From positions 832,001 to 896,000 of the forward strand of contig CAVYRF010000001.1 of assembly GCA_963770895.1 (NCBI GenBank): a stretch of DNA of 64,000 bases, given 5' to 3'. A model generated the notes under the pieces. The model ran no database searches and was not told the origin of the DNA. It saw nothing but the letters and a program-made list of their open reading frames with translations. Below, one piece after another: positions 56,633 to 64,000 of the stretch. A program made the translations under genes and the position numbers. Numbering within the stretch: the stretch's first letter is position 1; the number at the start of each line of letters is the position of its first letter. Source of the DNA: an uncultured Acidobacteriota bacterium (lineage in GTDB: Bacteria > Acidobacteriota > Thermoanaerobaculia > Multivoradales > UBA5704).

Positions 56633-58644
56633 GCCCACCCCGTGGCCATCTGCGCGAGCAGCCGCGGCGCCTCCGCGCCGGTGCCGGTCAGGACCCAGAG
56701 CGAGTTGCCGACGGCCGCCACCATTCGCACCTTGTCCGGCGACGATACCAGCTGCGCCGGAGCACCGTCGAGCGCCGCGGGGCGGGCGGCCGCGCCGGTG
56801 GCGGGGGAGAACTCGGCGAGCAGGCGGGCGACGGCCTGGGCGCGGTCGCCGCGCGGCGCCACGAGCTCCACCTGGACGCTCGCGGTGGGGGTGGTCACCG
56901 CCACCACCGTGGCGTCGGGGTAGATCGCGTCCAGCTTCGCAAAGCTGCTGCCGGCCGGCTTGTGCAAGGCGAACCCGAGCCAGGGGTTGCGGTAGGTGTC
57001 GCCGGCGACGGTGAAGCCGGGTGCGCCGGCCGGGACCCGGTGGACGCGGCCGGCGGCGGTGTAGGCGAGCACCTGCACCTCCAGGTTGCCGTAGGCCTGG
57101 GCGGCGGCGGCGATCGCCGCGCTCAGGTTGTCGTCGCCGGTGTAGCTGCCGAACTGGAAGCGGGCGGCGTCGGCGACGCCGGGGGCGTACAGCGCGGCGT
57201 CGAGCGGCAGCCAGGCGCGGCCGATGCGCACCTCGGTCCAGGCGTGGCCGCCCCAGATGCCGTCCACGTAGGCGTAACCCATGGCGATGCGCGCCGGGAT
57301 GCCGGCCGCGCGCTCCAGCGCCGCCAGCAGCACGGCAAAGGCGATGCAGGTGCCGCGGCGGTTGCGCGCCACCTCGGAGGCCGGTGCCAGCGCGATGCCG
57401 AGGTCGAACTCGACGTGTGCCGCGGTCCAGTCCTGCAGCGCCCGCGCCGCGTCCAGCGGCCGGGCGGCGGCGTCCAGCGGCGCGCCCGCGGCGCCGGCCA
57501 CGTCCAGGACCTGTTGCGCCAGGCGCACCACCTCGGGGTCGTCCGCCTGCACCAGGGCGTTCGGCGCCAGGGCGGGGTCGGCCGCCGCCGGCAGGGCGGC
57601 GACGCCGGGGCCGGCGGGTCCGCCGTCGGCGCTGGCCGGGCCGGCAGCGGAGCCGGTGGCAGATCCGCCGCGGCGTATCTCCAGGTCCAGCGTCGTCGGC
57701 GTCCTGGCCAGGACGCGCTGGCCCGGTCCGTCGAAGGCCGGCCAGCCCAGGTCGGGACGGCGCTGGGTGAGGCGCAGCGTCACGCTCTCCAGCGAGCGCG
57801 GCTCCGGCAGGCGGATGTTGGAGCGCGCCAGCGTCCGCTCGTACGACTCGGCGGGCAGCTCGGTTTCGCCGGCCGTCGCCCGCTGGGCCGTGGCGCGGTC
57901 GGCCAGCCGCATCTCCACTTTGCCGAACGGCAGTTGGGCGGCGCTCCCCAGCGGCCACCCGGCGGCGTCGAGCCACACCTGCACGGTGCCCGGCGTGACG
58001 TCGTTGCGCTCCTCGACCAGCAGCGCCGGAGTGCCGGCGGACGGCTCGGCGCGCAGCACCGTGCGGGTCACCAGGGCGACGTTGCCGGCGTCGGCGGCAT
58101 AGGTCCGATACGACACCGTGTCGCCGGCGGCGTGCAGCGCCTCGCGGCTGCGCCGGGCCGCCCCCACCGGCCCCAGCAGGGTGCCGTCGACCGGCAGCGT
58201 GCGGCGGTAGGAGCGGTCGCCGGCGCGCGTCGCAAGCTCCAGGCCGCCGGCGCCGGCCACCCCGTCCACGGTGAGGCTCTGCTGCGAGCTGGACACCACC
58301 GCGTGCACCGCGATCAGCCCGCCGGCGGCGTCCTCGGTGGTTTCGACCCGCGTTTCGATCCGCACCTTGGCGCCCAGGCGGTTGATCACCATCAGCATCT
58401 CCTGCCGCGTGCGGGTGCCCGCTCCCGCCGGCTCGACCTGTTCGTGGTACGAGCCCGCCGGCGTGCCGGCCAGGCGAATCTCCTGCCAGCGCTCGCCGGC
58501 CGCGGGGATCGGCTGCGCCGGGGCACCGGCCGCCGGCAGCGCCGCGCCGCCGCAGGCCGCGCCGCTCCAGGCCGCGGCGATGGCGCACACCGCTAGCCGG
58601 CGCCGTGCAAGCTGTCTCAGGTTCTGTCTGCCGCTCTGTCGCAT
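56614..58644 (-). CDS. Exported transglutaminase-like domain protein
   Basis: GTCIAFAVLLAAL.RAAGIPAR, GHAWTEV and WLPLDA give a Cys-His-Asp triad. Confidence 0.9.
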   Translation of the reverse strand: MRQSGRQNLRQLARRRLAVCAIAAAWSGAACGGAALPAAGAPAQPIPAAGERWQEIRLAGTPAGSYHEQVEPAGAGTRTRQEMLMVINRLGAKVRIETRVETTEDAAGGLIAVHAVVSSSQQSLTVDGVAGAGGLELATRAGDRSYRRTLPVDGTLLGPVGAARRSREALHAAGDTVSYRTYAADAGNVALVTRTVLRAEPSAGTPALLVEERNDVTPGTVQVWLDAAGWPLGSAAQLPFGKVEMRLADRATAQRATAGETELPAESYERTLARSNIRLPEPRSLESVTLRLTQRRPDLGWPAFDGPGQRVLARTPTTLDLEIRRGGSATGSAAGPASADGGPAGPGVAALPAAADPALAPNALVQADDPEVVRLAQQVLDVAGAAGAPLDAAARPLDAARALQDWTAAHVEFDLGIALAPASEVARNRRGTCIAFAVLLAALERAAGIPARIAMGYAYVDGIWGGHAWTEVRIGRAWLPLDAALYAPGVADAARFQFGSYTGDDNLSAAIAAAAQAYGNLEVQVLAYTAAGRVHRVPAGAPGFTVAGDTYRNPWLGFALHKPAGSSFAKLDAIYPDATVVAVTTPTASVQVELVAPRGDRAQAVARLLAEFSPATGAAARPAALDGAPAQLVSSPDKVRMVAAVGNSLWVLTGTGAEAPRLLAQMATGWAWTPAD

Positions 58645-58812
58645 CGGTCGTTACCTCCCGACCGCAACGCTACGCGGCCGGCGCCGGCGGCGGTATCCGG
58701 CGGATGGCAGATTTTTTCCTCTATCGAAAGGTAGACCCGCGCCCTGTCACCATGCTCGCTGGCGCTGTGGGATGGGGCCGGCCGATGGCTGGCGGCCGGC
58801 CCCGGGGGAGGG

Positions 58813-59391
58813 TCACTTCTTCGGCTGGGGCATGAATCCGGGCTCGCTGGTCGGCGGCACGATGTTCTTCAGGCGCATGTAGGTGACGATGTTGCCGTAG
58901 TGTTCCAGGCTGTGCATCATGTTGACCGTCAACACGTCGAGGCGCGGGGTGTCGCCTCCCATCAGTTTCACCAGCTGCGCGCCGGAGGTGTCGTTCATGC
59001 TGGCGTATGCCTTGTCACAGTAAGCGAAGGCGGCTTTCAGCGCCGCCGTCAGGTCGGCCTTCGAAGTCTTGGTCTCCTCGATTTTCAGGCTGGGGTTCTT
59101 CTCGCCGAGGGCGATGGAACAGAACAGGTACTGAGAGTCGGCGAGGTGCCCGACGACCTGACCGAAAGTGCGGACAGCGTCGGTGGGCTTGAAGTTGTAG
59201 CTCTCCTCGGGCATTTTGTCGGCGGCGCGGAGCAGGACAGCCTGCACGTAGGAATACGCGCCCTTGTGCCAGGTGCTGAACGGATTGTCCTGGGCGGCGG
59301 CGCCGGCGGCCGGCGCCAGCAGGCAGAGGAGCAGCGCGGGCAGCAGCATCGACGCGCGGTTGCTGCTGGAGGTCTTGACGGTGCTTTGCAT
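58813..59391 (-). CDS. Secreted DinB-family protein
   Basis: MPEESYNFKPT..VRTFGQVVGH and HSLEHYGNIVTYMRLKNIVPP. Confidence 0.9.
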   Translation of the reverse strand: MQSTVKTSSSNRASMLLPALLLCLLAPAAGAAAQDNPFSTWHKGAYSYVQAVLLRAADKMPEESYNFKPTDAVRTFGQVVGHLADSQYLFCSIALGEKNPSLKIEETKTSKADLTAALKAAFAYCDKAYASMNDTSGAQLVKLMGGDTPRLDVLTVNMMHSLEHYGNIVTYMRLKNIVPPTSEPGFMPQPKK

Positions 59392-59436
59392 TTCCTTCTC
59401 CTTTGTTCACAGAGGCCTTTGGGGCACTCATGAAAA

Positions 59437-60381
59437 TCAGATCGGTTGGCGATAGCGGCGGAGGCGAACGGCGCCGGCGAGAAACGCCGCGGCGGCGACC
59501 AACCCGCTCCACAAGCCGGGGGTGCTCAGGAACTTCGCCGGGTCGAGCTGCGCCAGGCGATCGATGACCGCGCCCCGTTGCAGCTCGGACGCAAAGGCCG
59601 CCTGGATACCGCCCAACAGGCGGTACCGCAGCAGGGAGGCGAAGTGCGAGCTGTGGAAGGCCATCCTTTCGATCACGCAGAGCGCGAGCGGCGGCAGCGC
59701 GGCCCACAGCACGGGCGAGCGGCGCGCCCAGGCCGAAACCAGCAGCAGCCAGCCGTAGAGCGGGGCATGCCAGAGCGCCAGCGTGGCGAGGCTATAGAGC
59801 AGCACCAGCGGCATCTGGAGCAGCGGCAATTCGCCCCACAGCGGGGCGGCGCTCTCGCCATGCGCCAGCAGGTGCGCGCTGCTCAGCAGCAGCAGGATGC
59901 ATTGCACGGCCAGGCTGAGCGCGCAGGTGAGGAGCGGCAGCACCGCCAGCGGAATGCTCGCCTTGGCGAGCACCGTGGTGCGATCCGAAACCGGCAGCGA
60001 CTTCCAGAACAGCAGGCTGCGATCGCGCCGCTCGCCGTACAGCGCGTCGAGCGAGTAGAAGATCCCGACCAGGAGCATGACCAGCACGAGCGGCACCGGC
60101 ACCATGGCGTACGGCCTGACGACCGCGGCATGCCGCGCCGCCGGAGCGAGCGCCGGCAAGGTGCGCACCGTCGCCGGCAGGCCGATCTGAGCGATCAAGG
60201 AGCCGACCATCACCACGCCGGCGACGGCGAGCGGCGCCACATAGACCGATCGGTTCTCCCACAGCTCGCGGCGCACCGACCAGCGCAGCGGGCTCATCCC
60301 CGGCGTCGCCGACGTCGCCGGCCTTGCTGACGTCGCCGGGCCGCCGGGAGGCTCAGGCACGGTATTCGAAAGGTTATCCAT
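59437..60381 (-). CDS. ABC transporter permease
   Basis: VRRELWENRS and ERRDRSLLFWKSLPVSD..TVLAK; multiple TM helices. Confidence 0.9.
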   Translation of the reverse strand: MDNLSNTVPEPPGGPATSARPATSATPGMSPLRWSVRRELWENRSVYVAPLAVAGVVMVGSLIAQIGLPATVRTLPALAPAARHAAVVRPYAMVPVPLVLVMLLVGIFYSLDALYGERRDRSLLFWKSLPVSDRTTVLAKASIPLAVLPLLTCALSLAVQCILLLLSSAHLLAHGESAAPLWGELPLLQMPLVLLYSLATLALWHAPLYGWLLLVSAWARRSPVLWAALPPLALCVIERMAFHSSHFASLLRYRLLGGIQAAFASELQRGAVIDRLAQLDPAKFLSTPGLWSGLVAAAAFLAGAVRLRRYRQPI

Positions 60382-61252
60382 TCCGCATCTCCTCAGGTCC
60401 CGCGGGCCTCATCCCCATCACGGCAACGAACAGATCGGCGATGCTCGGCGTGCGCACCTCGCCGAAGAGGGCGAGCTGCCGGCTGTCGGCCTGGTCGAAC
60501 AGCAAGATGCTGCGGCCGAACAGCGGGCGCTCGTGGATCGGCCGCAGCGCCCGCGCCGCGGCCAGCTGCTCCGGGTGCACCAGCACCTCGCGATAGCGCG
60601 CTTCAAAGGTTTCCATGCTGCACTGGAGGACGATGCGGCCGCGGTCGACGAACACGAAATCGGTGAGGACGTCCTGGATCTCCTCGATCTGGTGGGTGGT
60701 CACGACGATGGTGCGGCGGCGATCGAAGTAGTCGTTGAGCAGTGAGTCGTAAAACTGCTTGCGATACAGGATGTCCAGACCGAGCGTCGGCTCGTCGAGC
60801 ACCAGCAACTTGGCGTCGATGGCCATGACCAGGGCCAGATGCAGCTGGGTCACCATCCCTTTCGACAGCTCCCGGACCCTGCTGCTGCGCCGGATGGTCG
60901 TCTTCGCCAGGAAGCTCTCCGCCTTGGCGCGATCGAATTGCGGATGCACGCCGGCGACGTAGTCGAGCGCCTGCGAAACCCTGATCCAGCGCGGCAGCAC
61001 GGCGACGTCGGCGACGAAGGAGACGTCGCGCATGAGCTGTTCGCGCTCGCGCCAGGGGTCGCGCCCGAGCACCCGGAGGTCTCCCTGATAGGGGATGAGG
61101 CCGAGGATCGCGTGGAGCGCCGTGCTCTTGCCGGCACCGTTGGGACCGACGACGCCAAGGATGCGCCCCTCTTCGACGCACAGATCGACGCTGTCGAGCG
61201 CCACCGTGGTGCCATAGATCTTGCGCAGTCCGCGGGCTTCGATACATGCCAT
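60374..61252 (-). CDS. ABC transporter ATP-binding protein
   Basis: GPNGAGKST, LSKGM and LLVLDEPT. Confidence 0.96.
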   Translation of the reverse strand: MACIEARGLRKIYGTTVALDSVDLCVEEGRILGVVGPNGAGKSTALHAILGLIPYQGDLRVLGRDPWREREQLMRDVSFVADVAVLPRWIRVSQALDYVAGVHPQFDRAKAESFLAKTTIRRSSRVRELSKGMVTQLHLALVMAIDAKLLVLDEPTLGLDILYRKQFYDSLLNDYFDRRRTIVVTTHQIEEIQDVLTDFVFVDRGRIVLQCSMETFEARYREVLVHPEQLAAARALRPIHERPLFGRSILLFDQADSRQLALFGEVRTPSIADLFVAVMGMRPAGPEEMRNG

Positions 61253-61255
61253 GGT

Positions 61256-61651
61256 TCAGCCCTCCTCCTCGTCGGCAGCAGGCGACGACGGCGCCACCGG
61301 TTCAGCCGCGGCCAGCAGCTCCTCCGCCTTCAGACCGAGCCGCTGGATGGTGGCGCGGACCCGCGGCCACTGCTCGGCAAGAAACCTCTGGCGCTCGCCC
61401 TGCAGCAGCAGCTGCCGCGCTCCCTCCTTGACGAACATGCCGCGGCCTCGCCTGGTTTCGACCAGCTGCTCGTCGACCAGTTGCTGGTAGCCCTTAAGGA
61501 CCGTCAGCGGATTGACCCGCGACTCGGCCGCGACATTGCGCACCGAGGGGAGCGGATCGCCCTCCTTGAGCACACCGTCGAGGATCAGCGCGACGACGCG
61601 GTCACGAAGCTGCCGGTAGATCGGCTGACTGTCGTTCCACTCTCCATCCAT
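61256..61651 (-). CDS. GntR-family regulator, YtrA subfamily
   Basis: QPIYRQL, LPSVR, VNPLTV.K.Y and RRGRGMFV; short C-domain; first gene of the ABC operon. Confidence 0.95.
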   Translation of the reverse strand: MDGEWNDSQPIYRQLRDRVVALILDGVLKEGDPLPSVRNVAAESRVNPLTVLKGYQQLVDEQLVETRRGRGMFVKEGARQLLLQGERQRFLAEQWPRVRATIQRLGLKAEELLAAAEPVAPSSPAADEEEG

Positions 61652-61705
61652 CCCAGGTTCCGGTCGGCCCTCTCCAAGGCAGCGTCGCCTGAAGAGTACT
61701 GTGAG

Positions 61706-61733
61706 CTAGTGATATAGTCAACCATAACACTAG
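61706..61733. promoter_or_regulatory. Imperfect palindrome, probable YtrA-type operator
   Basis: CTAGTGATATAGT-CA-ACCATAACACTAG; the arms match at 11 of 13 positions; 55 nt upstream of the GntR gene. Confidence 0.7.
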
Positions 61734-61873
61734 ATCGGATGCAAGGCTCTCGACTCCCGCCGCGGGCCGTCCGGGTAGACCACCACAAAGTCACGGTAAG
61801 GCTGGCGCGCGACACTAGCGGTAGGTCTACCCGGCGCTGCCCGGGGGCGTGCTGCCTGTCGGCGGGAGGTGCG

Positions 61874-64000
61874 ATGGCGGAAACGGTTGTCGAGGCGATT
61901 TACGAGCTGTCGCCCATCCAGCAGGGGATGCTGTTTCACGGCGTGTACGCCCCCGGCTCGGGTGTCTACGTGGTCCAGCTCAGCCTGCAGCTGGCCGGCG
62001 CGCTGGACGTCGCCGCCTTCGAGCGGTCCTGGCGGCGGGTGGTGGATCGGCATGCCATCTTGCGCAGCGCCTTTCACTGGCAGGACCTGGAGCGGCCGGT
62101 GCAGGTGGTCTATCGCGAAGTGGAGGTGGAGATCCGCCGGGAGTCGTGGCGCGGCCTCGCGGCGGGCGCGCAGCAGGAGCGGCTCGCCGACTATCTGAGC
62201 GCCGATCGCGGGAGCGGCTTCGACGTCGCCTCGCCGCCGCTGCTGCGTCTGGCCCTCTTCGAGCTCGACTCCGGGGTCCACCAGCTGGTCTGGAGCCTGC
62301 ACCACCTGCTCACCGACGGCTGGTCGCAGGGGCTGCTGCTGCGCGAGCTGTTCGAGTGCTATGCGGCGTTCGCCGCCGGACGCGAGCCGGTGCTCGGCCG
62401 CGCGCCGTCCTACCGCGAGTACATCGCCTGGCTGCAAAAGCAGGATCTGGCCCAGGCGGAGGCTTACTGGCGGCGCAGCCTTGCCGGGTTCCGCTCGCTC
62501 ACGCTCGTCGCGGGCGCGCCGCCCCCGCCGGCGGCAGCCGCCCCTGCCGGCGGCGGGAGGCCGCAGCGGCTCGGCCTCACGCTCGCCGCGGAGAGCACCC
62601 TGGGGCTGCGCGGCGCGGCGCGGCGCCACCGGCTGACGCTCAACACGATCGTCCAGGGTGCCTGGGCGCTGCTGCTCGGCCGCGCCTGCGCGGCGCACGA
62701 CGTGACGTTCGGCGTCACGGTGGCGGGCCGCCCGGAGGGCCTGGCGGGCGCGGAGTCGATCCTCGGGCCGTTCATCAACACCTTGCCGGCGCGGATCGGG
62801 ATCACGCCGGGGTCGCGGTTTGGCGACTGGCTGGCGGCGCTCCAGGAGCAGCAGGCCGAGCTGCGCGGCCACCAGCACTCGCCGCTGCACCGGGTGCAGG
62901 CATGGAGCGAGCTGCCGGCGGGGGTGCCGCTGTTCGACCACATCCTGGTTTTCGAGAGCTACCCGTTCGACGAGCTCCTGGCGGCGCCCCTGCCCGGCCT
63001 GACGATCTCGGCGCTGGCGGCCGACGAGCAGACCAACTACCCGGTGACGCTGGTGGTCCTCCCCGGCGCCAGCCTGTCCATCCAGATCCTCTTTCAGCCG
63101 GACCGGGTCGACGCCGCCGCGGTGCGGCGTTGGCTGGACGGCCTGGAGGGCCTGCTGGGCGCCCTGGCGACCGAACCCGACCTGTGGTCGTGGGAGCTGT
63201 CGCGACTGCTCGACCGGCAGGCCGGGGAGCGGCCCGCGAGCGGCCTGCCGCTGTCCGCACTGCCCGATCCGCCGGCCGAGCGGGCGGGCGCGGCGCGGGC
63301 TGACGCGCGCCGCGGACAGGTCGCCTTCACCTTGCCGGTCGCCGAGACCGCGGCGCTCCACGCCCTGGCGCAGCGGTCGGAGGCGACTCTGTTGATGGCG
63401 CTGGTCGCGGCTCTCGCCACCTTGCTGGTGCGCCATGCGGCCTGCGAGGGCCTGGCCCTCGGCGCGCGGGTGGAGGATGCGGACCCCGGCAAGACCGCGG
63501 GCCTCACCGGTCCCTGGGTCGACCTTCTGGGCCTGCGCGCCGACCTGGGCGGCGACCCGACCTTTGCCGACCTGCTGGCGCGCGCCCGCCGGCTGGTGAT
63601 CGACGCCCAGGCGCGCCGCGAGCTGCCTTACGCCGCGGCCGACGCCGACCTGGCCGCGATCGTGACAGACACGGCGGCGGGGCTCGCCGGGGTGGTCGAG
63701 CACCGGCTGGACCGCTTCGACGCGCCGTGGGCCGGCCGTTTCGCCCGCCACCTGCAAACGCTGCTCGCCGCCGTGCCGGCGGCGCCGCAAAGCCCGGTCT
63801 CGGCCATGCCGCTGCTGCCGGCGGCCGAGCGCTGGCAGCTGGTGGGGGAGTGGAACGACACGCGGGCGGACCGCTCCGCGGGGCTCCTGGCGCACGAGCG
63901 GGTGGCGCTGCACGCGGCGCGGGCGCCGCACTCGCTGGCGGTCGGCGGCGGCGGCCAGAGCTTGACCTACGGCGAGCTGGAGTCGCGGGCCGGCCGCCTG
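61874..64000 (+). CDS. NRPS, truncated at the window edge: C domain, degenerate half C domain, start of an A domain
   Basis: Not in the ORF track. GGAGG RBS; MAETVVEAIYELSPIQQGMLFH, HHLLTDGWS, FGVTVAGRP, GPFINTLP, then EWNDT...LTYGELE. Confidence 0.93.
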   Translation, partial: MAETVVEAIYELSPIQQGMLFHGVYAPGSGVYVVQLSLQLAGALDVAAFERSWRRVVDRHAILRSAFHWQDLERPVQVVYREVEVEIRRESWRGLAAGAQQERLADYLSADRGSGFDVASPPLLRLALFELDSGVHQLVWSLHHLLTDGWSQGLLLRELFECYAAFAAGREPVLGRAPSYREYIAWLQKQDLAQAEAYWRRSLAGFRSLTLVAGAPPPPAAAAPAGGGRPQRLGLTLAAESTLGLRGAARRHRLTLNTIVQGAWALLLGRACAAHDVTFGVTVAGRPEGLAGAESILGPFINTLPARIGITPGSRFGDWLAALQEQQAELRGHQHSPLHRVQAWSELPAGVPLFDHILVFESYPFDELLAAPLPGLTISALAADEQTNYPVTLVVLPGASLSIQILFQPDRVDAAAVRRWLDGLEGLLGALATEPDLWSWELSRLLDRQAGERPASGLPLSALPDPPAERAGAARADARRGQVAFTLPVAETAALHALAQRSEATLLMALVAALATLLVRHAACEGLALGARVEDADPGKTAGLTGPWVDLLGLRADLGGDPTFADLLARARRLVIDAQARRELPYAAADADLAAIVTDTAAGLAGVVEHRLDRFDAPWAGRFARHLQTLLAAVPAAPQSPVSAMPLLPAAERWQLVGEWNDTRADRSAGLLAHERVALHAARAPHSLAVGGGGQSLTYGELESRAGRL

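Overview
Very GC-rich bacterial DNA, about 70% by eye. The gene content suggests a soil Acidobacteriota genome of the Thermoanaerobaculia type (inference): IPTL-CTERM surface proteins, TPR-CHAT proteases beside ECF sigma/anti-sigma pairs, and Ser/Thr kinases. I found no rRNA, tRNA, CRISPR array or mobile element; most ORF-track entries are high-GC shadow ORFs. Main content in order: a sigma-54 activator (cut at the left edge) and a pseudokinase; a giant 11-repeat IPTL-CTERM surface protein; an amidohydrolase; a class-3 lipase; a Kelch/DUF11 surface protein; a beta-barrel-like protein paired with a membrane-TIR protein; a grasp-with-SPASM RiPP locus; amt; a sphingomyelinase-like phosphodiesterase and a CocE hydrolase; two tandem TPR-CHAT / ECF sigma / zinc-finger anti-sigma modules; a decaying operon of multicopper oxidase, diheme cytochrome c, LodA and LodB; a peptidoglycan hydrolase; a TPR kinase; a two-component system; a YtrA-type GntR/ABC operon; and the start of an NRPS (cut at the right edge). 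The best candidate for an undescribed system is the duplicated exported CHAT protease - anti-sigma (shared VRGG motif) - ECF cascade. Also notable are two orphan lanthipeptide-like precursors (one missed by the ORF track) that share an ECF-like upstream motif, several small secreted Cys-rich peptides, and the LodA/diheme/multicopper oxidase operon.
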